NCBI GenBank assembly: GCA_964016885.1
Contig: OZ024746.1
Span: 12,648,001-12,712,000 of the forward strand
Reading direction: 5' to 3'
Origin: Eledone cirrhosa
Lineage: Eukaryota
Length of the DNA: 64,000 bases
Each line of letters starts with the position of its first letter. The stretch's first letter is position 1. The position numbers and the translations under genes are program-made. Shown here piece by piece: positions 51,985 through 64,000 of the stretch. The notes under the pieces are model-generated. The model ran no database searches and was not told the origin of the DNA. It saw only the letters and a list, made by a program, of their open reading frames with translations.

Positions 51985-52193
51985 GTCTATCTATCTCAGT
52001 GAATGACATTGAAAAGCTGTCTTGACAATAACTACAAAATATATAGCAAATAAAAATTCATGGGAGTCAACCCAAGATAAAGTGTGCACAGCTTGTACAC
52101 ACACATGTGGGTAACCACTTCCACTTGAATGATTATGTCTAAATAATAACACTAATAATTGTTACTTAAGGAGTATTGTGCTCCGCTACTCTA

Positions 52194-52738
52194 TAGCTCA
52201 TACATACATGTAGCAGCATATCTCCAAACTCATATATACATGTAGCAGTACATCTCATAGCTCATACATACATGGAGCAGCATATCTCCAAACTCATATA
52301 TACATGTAGCAGTACATCTCATAGCTCATACATACATGTAGCAGCATATCTCCAAACTCATATATACATGTAGCAGTACATCTCATAGCTCATACATACA
52401 TGTAGCAGCATATCTCCAAACTCATATATACATGTAGCAGTACATCTCATAGCTCATACATACATGTAGCAGCATATCTCCAAACTCATATATACATGTA
52501 GCAGTACATCTCATAGCTCATACATACATGTAGCAGCATATCTCCAAACTCATATATACATGTAGCAGTACATCTCATAGCTCATACATACATGTAGCAG
52601 CATATCTCCAAACTCATATATACATGTAGCAGTACATCTCATAGCTCATACATACATGTAGCAGCATATCTCCAAACTCATATATACATGTAGCAGTACA
52701 TCTCATAGCTCATACATACATGTAGCAGTAGCTCATAC
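52194..52738. repeat. 64-bp higher-order repeat (two diverged 32-mers), about 8.5 copies
   Basis: TAGCTCATACATACATGTAGCAGCATATCTCC + AAACTCATATATACATGTAGCAGTACATCTCA alternate strictly. Confidence 0.95.
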
Positions 52739-53249
52739 CTATGTATGGACTCATAACTCCTTGTAGACTCATAGAGGCACCATGTCGGGAACATCTTAAA
52801 ACCTTGTCAGGGTCCATCTCCTTTCCAGGTCTGACTACAGCCTATTTCTTCCAGAAAAGGAGAGCGAGAGGGGGGGTGAGGGGGTGAGGGGGTGGGGGGT
52901 GAGTGAGAAAGAGATATAGAAGACTGCTACTTCTTTTTATCAACCTCAAAAGGATGAAAGTGAAGATTAACAATTCCTAACGGCTAGAGTCTTATATTCA
53001 GTCTTTGATGCTGGCAGGTATGTTCATTTGTTAACGACGGCAACAGTTGACTGATAAAATGACAAGTCCGTCAATCATATTGGTGGCCTCCCCATAGCCC
53101 CGGCGGACAGAATGGAGAAGGCGTTTTCCCGGAGGACGGCAAGGGAGATGCACTGGAGTTGATCACAGCAGGATTTGAACTCAGAGCACAGAAAGCTGGA
53201 ATGGATACTGCAAAGTATTCTGTCTGACGTTTTAATGACTCTCCCTAAT

Positions 53250-53620
53250 TCATACATATATATACCAGTAAAACTCATACATATATATACCAGTAAAACT
53301 CATACATATATATACCAGTAAAACTCATACATATATATACCAGTAAAACTCATACATATATATACTAGTAAAACTCATACATATATATACCAGTAAAACT
53401 CATACATATATATACCAGTAAAACTCATACATATATATACCAGTAAAACTCATACATATATATACCAGTAAAACTCATACATATATATACCAGTAAAACT
53501 CATATATATATACCAGTAAAATTCATACAGATATATACCAGTAAAACTCATACATATATATACCAGTAAAACTCATATATATATACCAGTAAAACTCATA
53601 CATATATATACCAGTAAAAT
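53250..53620. repeat. 25-bp minisatellite TCATACATATATATACCAGTAAAAC, about 15 copies
   Basis: Direct tandem repeat. Confidence 0.95.
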
Positions 53621-53782
53621 TTCCCAGTTGTACATATGCCAACAAAAGAGTCTAGTTTTCAATATGAGTACCAAACAACTTACTTAGAGCTTGGCAGTTG
53701 ACTTAGCCATTGATAGTTAAGTTTCTTGACCTCTTTGTTGATATCCAACACCCTAAGGACTCAGTCACTTATGATCTTTACT

Positions 53783-54275
53783 AGTAATTGTTTCTACATT
53801 GGTCTCAAGGCCGGCAATTTGAAGGGGAGGGGAAGTTGATTAAATTGACCCTAGTATAAGGAGGAAAGGTAAAGCTAACTTCAGCAGGATTTAAACTCAT
53901 AACTATATGTCAAAAAGCATGTTATCCTATGCTCTTTGATAATAATTGTTTCTACTTTTTGACACAAGGCCAGCAATTACCCAGTACATTACTGGTACTT
54001 TATTTTATCGACCCCGTAAGGATGAAAGGCAAAGTCAACCTCGACGGGATTTGAACTCAGACCGTAAAGAGACGTAACTATGCTGGAAAGCATGGCGTCG
54101 ACCCACTACCGATAATGATTTCTAATGTAGGCACAAGATAGAGGAAGGATATTTTATTAACTCTGGACGAATGAAAGGCAAAGATGACCATAGTGGGATT
54201 TGAACTCAGAACATAAAAGGGCCATAATTAAATGCTACAAAGCATTTTGTTTGACTTACTAACGATTCTGCCAAC
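53783..54275 (-). mobile_element. Cluster of three head-to-tail tRNA-derived SINE copies
   Basis: GGATTT(G/A)AACTCA B-box complements at about 53887, 54048 and 54196; the middle copy (53941-54112) is best preserved. Confidence 0.8.
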
Positions 54276-55496
54276 CAGCCAGCCTCAATCAAAGCTAAAT
54301 AATAACAACACCAATAACACATTAACCACTTGTGAATGGAACAGTTTATACAAAAAGAGTCCTGAGATAACTCTATCTAGTCTGATGTAAAAATATGTAA
54401 TTGTCTCACTAAGGGATATTACTTACTTCTGGTGTCATGGATGAAAGATAGGACACCAGCCTCAGGTAAAATTGCCAGAGAAGGGGTTCTTCTATCTATT
54501 TGTAACAGATACATGAAATGAGGTAATATAGACTAAAATATTCTGTCAAGAGACAAAATATTTAAGAGATTTGAACTCATCACCTTATCGGCATGCTCAT
54601 TGTCCAAGTCAACCATCTTACCCTTCATTCTACAACTGGTAATACACAGACTGAAAGGAAAGTATGGAGGCATAGGCTAAACATTTACCACTATCCAGAG
54701 ACACACTGTATATCAGCTCTATGATACAGAACAGAAATATCACAAGCAATGCTGTGTCTTACCAGACCAGACATACACTCAGTCCACTGAACTATTTGTG
54801 TTTATCAAGTCTTTACACCACTATTAATGGATTATTGAATAGAGTGGATGAGAAAGGAGTAAGTCAGGAAAGTATGAAAGAGAGAAATATATATATATAA
54901 ATATATAGAGAGAGAGGTGGGGAGAAAGACCCAGAGATAGTCGGTTGGTGGGAGGAGATACACAACATTCGCTTGTATGGACATGTGATGAAACAATGAC
55001 AAAAATAGACATAATGTTGTTGGTGGGAATAAGTGCAGTGAGTTAGTAGTAGATTAAGCTAAGGTGGAATGGACACACACGGTTCTTTCATTCTATTTAT
55101 GATGGTAGACTAGCAGAATCACAACAACAGCAGACAAAATGTCTTGCAGTGTTTAGTTATATCTCTCCACATTCTGAGTTCAAATATCACCAAGTTCAAC
55201 CTTACTTTTTATTCTTCAGGGTTGTTATCATCAACAATAACTCTGAAGGAGGTGCCATAACATCATCTCAAGAACAACAACTAAAAGCAGTAAACAAAAT
55301 GTCTTTTACTATAGTCTTCAGTTGAGTAATATTTTGTCAGTGGAATTTGGTTGACAAAACTGTGCAGATGGAGCAACTAAGCTGACATTTTTATACTTAA
55401 GAAAACATTCTACACACTACTCACCAGTATTGAGTGCTTATTCACTTAATGTGTGAATGTTTTAAATGCTATGGTATTTTAAACACATTCTAATAA

Positions 55497-55529
<33 letters not shown>

Positions 55530-56127
55530 CATATATATATATATATAGAGAGAGAGAGATGATGATGATGATGGTAATGATGATGATGATGATGATAGAG
55601 AGAGAGAGAGAGGAGTGGGGAAGTAAAAGAGGATGACCACGATAATATACATATATACAGATGGGGGGTGGGGAGAAAGATAAGATCCACCCTCTCCACC
55701 ACCTCGCCATGCAAGCTTTGTGAAACAAATGTCAAAATGATGGTAATGATGGTAACTAGGAGGTATGATATATTTATATTTCAGTTTCTCATCCAATATG
55801 TCCCTCTTAATTCTCCATCATCTCTTTCAGGGCCTCAACTCTCTCTATTTACTCATCTTCTCTATTCTCACTCACCATCTCTCCTATTCACTCTACAATG
55901 CTGTCCATGAAACAGAATTGAATCTGTTGACTCCGCTGATCCGTCTGATATTCACCCACTCTCAATTTCCCTGCAGCATGTTTATAGGGAGGAAGGTGTT
56001 GGTTGATCAAATCAACCCTAACATTTGACTGGTATTTTATTGTATTGACCCTGGAAAGATGAAAGCAAAGGTATTTTGTCCAATACTCTGACAATCTTGC
56101 CAATCTAGCACCTTTTGATGACTTGTA

Positions 56128-56339
56128 ATAATTATTTCTAACATTGGGACAAGACCAGCAATCTGGATGAAAGGGAAAGTTATTTATAATGGTTCCCAGT
56201 ACTTAACCGGTACTTTATTTTATCAACTACAGAAGGATGAAAGGCAAAGTTAACCTCATTGGGATTTGAACTCAGAATGTAACTAAATACCACACAGCAT
56301 TTTATGTGATGTTCTAGTGACTCTGCCAATCCATCACCC
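56128..56339 (-). mobile_element. tRNA-derived SINE
   Basis: Family core and B box on the minus strand. Confidence 0.75.
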
Positions 56340-58281
56340 ATGATAAAAGTTTTATACATGAAATGACTGAAGTCTTCAGGGATAGGATACCAGTATATCA
56401 TGAGATGTAGGTAAAACCATGTAGTTCAGAAGTTTGCTTTGTAACAATGGAGTTTGGGGTTTGATGCCAATGGAATATTGGGCAAGTCTCTCAGGCTAGC
56501 CAAAGCCCTGCAGTCAAATTTAGTAGGTGGAAATTGTGTGGAATCCCATTAGAATAACTATTCCTGTTTGAGGGAGATAGATTTAAACCACCTATTGCCT
56601 GCTTTAACACCACCACATGGTCCTTTGATGTTTTAAGCAAGATCCACTCTCTTGCAAGCATTCAGACCAGGTTCCCAGTCTGAGGATACCTTTGTCTCTT
56701 CCTTCCACTAGTCCCTACAAAACGGTCACAGGTGCTGCCTTTCTTCCTCTGAATAAGTCATTAAAAATAAAAAAAATAAACATTCCCAATAGATAAACTG
56801 AAACGCTAAAGAATAATGTATGATATCCATAGCTGTAAGTGGGAAAATCCACAATATATACAATACATCATCTTGTGTTCCCAAACACACCCTCACCTCT
56901 TCTCTCTTGTTAATTAACATTTTAATTAGGTAGAGTAAAAACACTTTTTCCTTTGCCCCACCTATACTTTATATTTTATCCTGTTAACTAGGTTAATTTT
57001 GTCAAGCTCTAATAGGCCATTTATTACAGATATACAGCTTTCATGTTATGGAAGAGGTGATGGTGGGAAGCAAAGGTGAGTGATGAAATACCTGAATAGA
57101 TAGCATAATTACTGCCACTGTTGTTGCTGTTCTTGTTGAGTAGCTACAGCCAGATGAATAACCTTACCAAGTAGATTTATGGCACAGGGTTAACATAAGG
57201 ATAAATTTATGGAACACAGATAACAGATATTAAGATTGGAGAGAGAGAACCACTTATAACTCCCTATTTCTAAACCTGCTATGGTTGGCTTATTCTTCAT
57301 TTCTGTACATCAATAAAATAAAATAAAAAATAGCAGCATAGTTCAACATAAAGTGGTCATTATCTATATCAAAGATTCCTAAATCATTTGAGGTTCACAC
57401 GGTTATAAAAATGTTAAGCTCGTTGCACACTTGCCTGATCCAACAGTTTATAAACAAAAATAAATAATTATTGGGATGCGAGAGTCCCAAATGCAGAAAA
57501 TAACTACAATAATAGTCAATCATTGTAGATAACAGTAGAGAAAATTGAGTAAATTATCCTTAGAGATGGGAAAAAAATGGAGAGAGGTGCCTACAAAGTT
57601 TCTTTACAATTATTGGAATGCCTTTTGCATTTGAAACATAAATTTGCAAGTAAACTGTATAATGCAGTTGGCATAGAGAGAATGAATTGACAGTCACCGC
57701 TAATTCTGGAAACTAGTGTTTCATGACAATGGGTGAGCCTCTACATGATTGTTTGACCTGCTAGAAATAGCAACCAAATATCCCTCAAATCATACATTGC
57801 TATCTTAAAATAAAAAGGACACGTTTCATAATATAGTTCCATGCACATGTAACCTCCCACCCAGACACACACAGTACATATGAACAAAAAATACCCAAGA
57901 AACACAGACAAGGATGAAGACCACAGATTCAAAGCAAAGAATATGAATAAGTATTTATTGTGAGATTTTGAGTTTATGTATATGTAAGTGTATATGTGTT
58001 ATGTGTGTTTGAGTATGTAGGCACACATGCGTGAGTGTGTGCATGTGTGTAAGTATTGTGTGAGCATGGCTGTATATCTGTAAAGTGAGATGTGCACTTA
58101 TGTGAGAGTGGTGTGTGTGTGTGTGTGTGTGTAACTATGTGTATGTGTGTATTAGTATGTAGGTATTCAGGTGTAATTTGTATGTGTATGTGTGGGGGGG
58201 AGGAGGGTTAAGTTATGTGTGTGGACATTGGTGAGTATATATAGGTGTGCATATGTGAGGGGGGGGGGTATATGCATGTGA

Positions 58282-58319
<38 letters not shown>

Positions 58320-58727
58320 CAATGACAGAAGAAAAATTATGAAAGAGGGAGAAGGGAAAGGGATGGAAAAGACAGGAGAGAGAGGGGGAGAGGAAAAGAG
58401 GTGGAATAATGGAGAGAGAGGAGAAGGAAGAGGAGAGGGAAACAAAGATAACTATGTGTATGTGTGTGAGTACAGGAGTAAAATAAGGGGCAGAATAAGA
58501 GGAGGAGGAGGAGGAAGAATAGAGAGAGAAAAAAGGAGCTCGGTAGGGAAGAAGAGTGTTGGATGAAGAGAAGAGGTGAGAGAGGGGGGGTATTAAAAAG
58601 GCAGTAGGCTGGAAAGGAGGGGGGGGGGGATTAAAAAGGCAGTAGGCTGGAAAGAGGAGTAATTAGGCAAGTATGTTGCTGGTTGGCTGGAGATACACAA
58701 AAGAACAATTTGGGGAGTCACAACTTA

Positions 58728-58918
58728 ATAATAATTGTTTCTACTTTTGGCACAAGGCCAGCAATTATCCCAGTGTATTACTGGTACTTTATTTTATCGA
58801 CCCCGTAAGGATGAAAGGCAAAGTTAACCTGGGCGGGATTTGAACTCAGATCGTAAAGGGACGTAACTCTGCTGGAAAGCATGCCTGACCCTCTACCGAT
58901 ACTGCCAATTCACCGCCC
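58728..58918 (-). mobile_element. tRNA-derived SINE, full length
   Basis: Highly similar to 3256-3456 and 39001-39193. Confidence 0.85.
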
Positions 58919-59109
58919 ACAACTTGATAATAATGATTTCTTTTATTGGCCACAAGGGCACACTAGGTTGGGGACATTAGATACAACACAGAGTGGGGTT
59001 TATATGAACCCATGCTAGCGTGGAAGATGGACGTTAAACGATGATGATGATGATGATGATATAGGACAGGAGAAATCAATAAAGAAAAACAGTAGATATA
59101 ACAATAAAA

Positions 59110-59320
59110 ATAATGGTTTCTGATTTAGGCACAAGGACAATTTGGGGAGAGGGTAAAGTCAAATCAACCCCAGTGCATTACTGGTACTTTATTTTATCAA
59201 TCTCGTAAGAATGAAAGGCAAAGCTAACTTCGGCAGGATTTGAACTCAGATCGTAAAGGATTGTAACTCTATGCAATAAAGCATGTCTGACGCTCCACCG
59301 ATATTGCCAGTCTACCGTCC
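59110..59320 (-). mobile_element. tRNA-derived SINE
   Basis: Family core, B box and tail. Confidence 0.8.
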
Positions 59321-59399
59321 TTATAACAATAAAGATAATGGCTATAAATAGTAATGATTACAATACAAAATGAAAATAAAATCAACTAGAAAGAGTTTC

Positions 59400-60190
59400 T
59401 CAATAAGAGGAACAACCATTATGGGAATTCGAAGGGAAAGGTCCCACAAAACCATGTTGCATCAAGAGCATTGAAAGTTCCCTCTCCCAGTTTCTTTCCT
59501 CCTCCTTAGTTAGAGTAGGCCCATTCAGCCTCATGAATCTAGTCACTCTCATCAATCTGTCATGAAATACACTAGAAGGCAATATTTCCCTCTTTACTCT
59601 TCATTTCTTGTTCAAGTGGGACTGGAAGAAATTGATGAAGGCTTGATCAGACAGAAAAATCCCCTCCTTAAATTTGTTTGCCATGTTCATCATACAATTT
59701 CTCTCACTATAGCTACAAGGCAGATGAAAACATTCCATGCTACCCTTCTAAAAGAAGATGGTAGTTTCATTATAGGTTTGGCTGGTAGCCAGACCTATCT
59801 TACACATGATAGCAACTGTTCAAAAAGCCTAAAAGACTGCAATACATAGACACTGGGTGATTTCATGTAGGAGGTTGTCATCATCCCGCATGTATCTTGG
59901 ACAGGTCTGGCTGTTGGCACTGCCTTGCCTGTAGAGTTGGTTTTAAAATGGCAATGCCCCTTGTAGGATTAACATAACAAGGAACTTTAGACATTGTCCA
60001 TAATCCCGAGCCTGAAAAAGAGTCTGCTCAGATTGACTTGTCACTGCCCAGAGCTACTGTGAAGCCATCGTTGCTCACACCTTCCACTAACTCTCTATAG
60101 AATGTGTTGTTTTCCAGCCAGTGATCATGTTGTCTAGCTGGTAAAGTACTCTGAGTACTCAGCAGCCTCTAGATGTCAGGCACTCAACCT
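59400..60190 (-). mobile_element. Degenerate L1/Tx1-clade LINE ORF2 C-terminal region including a zf-RVT-like zinc knuckle
   Basis: Minus strand encodes NTFYRELVEG ... QTCPRYMRDDDNLLHEITQC (decayed CxxC-H-C) ... LINFFQSHLNKK*RVKREILPSSVFHDR, aligning by eye to the 3.5 kb copy. Confidence 0.6.
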
Positions 60191-60944
60191 TGCAATGATA
60201 AGCAATAGGAATAAGAACTTATCTATTTTTTATGCATTTTTATTAGCTCCATTTACCATCACCCAGGATAAGTCACAGCTGGGTATATCAATATTACTAT
60301 TGAACTATTAGCTAAAGAGGTAGGGTGGGGATCTAGCCATTGCCCTAAGTGCTGAATTAGACAATTTTTTTTTTATTCAGTTGTTAAGTTATATCAACAT
60401 TCTAACCATTTATTGCCGTTATTGTGAGGCAGGTGTTCCTGAGAGGGAGAGATAGACAGAACCATAAAATTGGTTAAATTTTAAAACTCTCTCTCTTTTT
60501 CACTCACTGCCTCTCTTCCTCTCTCACTCCATATCACTGCCTCTCTTCCACTTCTCTCACTCACCCCCCCCCTCCCTCTCTCTTTACACTTTACTCTACT
60601 ATACTAAATACTATATTTAAGTCACTGCTGCTAGCAGTGGGAGCAATGTACCACTGCGTGTTGTTGCTATTTATCTGCAGGTCAATAGACATAAGATACC
60701 ACCCAGTCTTTTTACAATCATAGTATATCTAGGACAGCATCATAAGATGTCTACTTTTTTTAAGGATGGTAGGTGTGGTTTGATGGTGGAAGATTTGGCT
60801 GCTATTTCTAGCCAGTTGAAAAACTGCATTGAGGTTCCCTTGGTTCAATGTATAGCAGATTCATTCATCAGTATTGCTTTGATATCAAAATATCAGTGAA
60901 GGTGTACAGTTAATATTTCAATTTTACCTGTCCCTTGTGTTTAA

Positions 60945-61152
60945 CCCTTTAGCATTTAAACCGGCCGTATCCGGCCAGAATTCTCTCACCTCTTCCTGTT
61001 CAAACTGGCTGTAACTGGCCACTCATACTTATGTTAAGGTATTGTTCTCAAAATAAATAATATCAAAATCTCATAGATTCGATATTATGTGAGATAAAGC
61101 CTTTACTGTGAAAATACAATAGCATATATAGAGTAATGTAAATGGTAATGCG
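60945..61152. mobile_element. TTAA MITE family copy
   Basis: TTAA|CCCTTTAGCATTTA...TAAATGGTAATGCG|TTAA; reverse complement of 34632-34852. Confidence 0.8.
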
Positions 61153-61304
61153 TTAAGGGCAAAATGCAGAATTAATCATTCACTGTCTATGTTAACATAG
61201 TTGTACTATGTTATGGTGTAGCCATTTATTGCTGTATGCAGTGCAAGAATTGCATAAGTAATAGACATATATAGCAAGGCTATCTTTCTTTGTGACTGCA
61301 TAAC

Positions 61305-61476
61305 CAACTTATTTAGACATATATAGCAAGGCTATCTACTAACTTATTACATATATAGCAAGGCTATCTACTAACTTATTACATATATAGCAAGGCTATC
61401 TACTAACTTATTACATATATAGCAAGGCTATCTACTAACTTATTACATATGACATATATAACAAGGCCATCTTTCT
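61305..61476. repeat. 32-bp minisatellite ACATATATAGCAAGGCTATCTACTAACTTATT, about 4-5 copies
   Basis: Direct tandem repeat. Confidence 0.9.
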
Positions 61477-62469
61477 TTATGTGACTAACATTACTAGCCC
61501 TATTTCATAAAAGGTGAGGTCAACATTAGAAAATATATACTGATGTAACATCCTAGTTGAAAATGTTGGTGTTTGCATACCCAGCCAACTCAAACGAGAA
61601 GGGGAAAATAAGAAATAAACTATAAAAAGTAAATATAATCTTGATAATATTTTATCACAGGTTATTTTATCACAAGTTATGCTTTTGTCATAAAGAAAAT
61701 AATTCAAAGAGGAACTTGTTTTACAGTAGAGGGTGATCTTTCACAAAAGATAACCTCTCAACTGTACAAAAAATAGGAATAATGCTTTATAAAATAAACA
61801 TGTATTTCATTTGTTTGTGGCTTTTTGTTTTCTTTCAATTATTTCACTAGGGTGCGGCAGTTGAGACAGTTGAATGGCAAAACCCAGAGCATTAAAATAT
61901 TCATTTTCATTTGGCTATGTTTAAGGCTCAACTCTCTCTTAAGACAACCTGTGATTGTTATTAACTAATAACTTACTACTCAATTTTAATGACTATATCT
62001 ATAACCCAGTCATAAGTAACCCTTATTACAAATCTATGGAGTGATAAATTAGGCAGAAATAGCACAATATCATCATTATCCTTTTACATCTACTTTCCAT
62101 GCTTCCATACATTCTATTTTGGCATGGTTTCTATGTATGCCCTTCCTAATGCCAACCACTTCGCAACATGCACTAGGTTCATTTTCTCATGGCACCATCA
62201 CTACCACCTACTTGACAGGGTGAACTGGGTACATTTTATCATGACACCAGCACTTCCACTTTGCAATATAAGCTTTGAGTTCAGATCTTGCCATAGTCAA
62301 CCTTGTCTTTCATTCATACTAGGTCAATAAATATAAGTACCAGTAATATACTACCTACAACTACAAATATTGTCTTATACCTCGTGTCATCAATTCAATA
62401 TCATGTATTGTTGTTTTGTCATGTTCGTTACATGTATTACTTCACAGCTAATTAATAAATAAGAGGTCA

Positions 62470-62620
62470 CTAATTTTGGACAAAGTTAGCAATTTTTGGG
62501 GAAAGGGAAAGTCGATCATATTGACCCCAGTACTTGACTGGTACTTTATTTTATCAACCTCAGAAGGAAGAAAGGCAAAATTGACTTTGGCAGGATCTGA
62601 ACTCAGAGTGTAAAGAGTCA
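62470..62620 (-). mobile_element. tRNA-derived SINE
   Basis: Family core and B box on the minus strand. Confidence 0.7.
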
Positions 62621-63493
62621 GAACAATTCAACCACTCCACTGGCCTTCACAGAGATGCTAAACTCCTAGTGAGCGAGGTTGAACAAATCTATTTCGATTC
62701 CCAAATGTAACCTTCTAATTTATGTCCCTAAAGTCCTTAATACTTTTGATAACAAACCATGAGAAACTGACCCTGGCAAACTGTTTAATATAAAATGTTT
62801 ATATTTATCTACAAATAATTTTATATAAAAACCTTTGTTAAGTTATGTTCCAAACACCAACTTAATAATGAGAAAATTAGTTATATTACTAAATCCTTCC
62901 AAGTTCTGGATTATTATTAAAACTGTTTGAAAATCCAGGACAGTGTCTTTCATTAGAAATATGGTAATGAAAGGGTTTTAATGTCAAACAAGCTCATGTA
63001 TTTCCACATGTAGGCACAAGTTTCCCATATAAGAAGAGCTTTGAGACATTTGGAAGAAACCATTACTTCTACTTCTATAGTACATAAGTTGAGACAGTTG
63101 GCACCTCTCAACTGACAAAACTGCCAATCATCGTGGTTGAGATTTTACCTATCTCCAGGGGCCTCGTTTGCCTTTAAAATGAGAGGGGGACAAACCAACA
63201 TTTGTTGATTCTTAAAGGAGCATAAATTGCTTGTGGTGCCTTTCCCGGACCCTATCACATAAGTAAAATTTTACGCTAATTAAATTTTATATATTCAAAT
63301 GAAGTTCAGATATAAAAAAAATAAGCTTAAAAAGAATTTATTATATCAAATAAACAAAAAATAAAATAAAATGTTCCCTGGTACCCCCCTCAAAAACGAG
63401 GTCCTTGCCTATCTCTATACCCACTCTACATCTCCCCATGTATTGAGTACTCCTATTATTAGGGGTCTCCTCAATCTCAGCACTGCAGACTCT

Positions 63494-63517
63494 ATGTGTG
63501 TTATGCGTCTGTGTGTG

Positions 63518-63553
<36 letters not shown>

Positions 63554-63752
63554 TATATATATATATATATATGTACATATATATATATATATATATGTAC
63601 ATATATATATATATATGTGTGTATGTGTATATATATATATATATATACATATGTACATATATATATATATGTGTGTATGTGTATATATATATGTGTGTGT
63701 GCATGCGTACATATATATATATACATATGTACATATATATATACATATGTAC

Positions 63753-63806
<54 letters not shown>

Positions 63807-63815
63807 TATATACAT
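63494..63815. repeat. Compound TA/TG microsatellite
   Basis: Seen directly. Confidence 0.92.
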
Positions 63816-64000
63816 ACAGAATCACAGGTAAACGTTAGTTACTCACTAAACAGCCAGTTACTAAGTTAATGTTTACCAGAAAAGCCCATCGTCTCTAAGT
63901 AAAGCTAGTAATAAGAATAATAATAAATAAATTCTTATCTGTTCATGTCTAGTAAAACACACATTAGTAACACAAACATACATATATATATATATATGTA

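Overview
AT-rich, microsatellite-dense animal genomic DNA. The repeat families look like those of an octopus or other coleoid cephalopod (inference, not searched). The only host gene I can support is on the minus strand: six phase-consistent GT-AG coding exons (26330 down to 434) of an RREB1/hindsight(pebbled)-type C2H2 zinc-finger transcription factor, with 8 fingers visible. The gene continues off the left edge, and its start exon was not located, so roughly 26.3-64 kb is probably intron or upstream DNA. The rest is repeats: a tRNA-headed SINE family (about 30 copies or fragments), 3' fragments of L1/Tx1, CR1, RTE, CRE-like and R4/Dong-like non-LTR retrotransposons, two non-autonomous Helitrons, hAT, Tc1/mariner and TTAA(piggyBac-type) MITEs, and many mini- and microsatellites. 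The most notable signal is six type I hammerhead ribozyme motifs in short elements next to (TA)n tracts. Four of them form one AT-rich family with divergent but base-paired stem II and an invariant C-C mismatch, resembling Penelope-like pLTR or retrozyme units. Several long fold-back palindromes and a switch in SINE orientation around the zinc-finger exons are also present.
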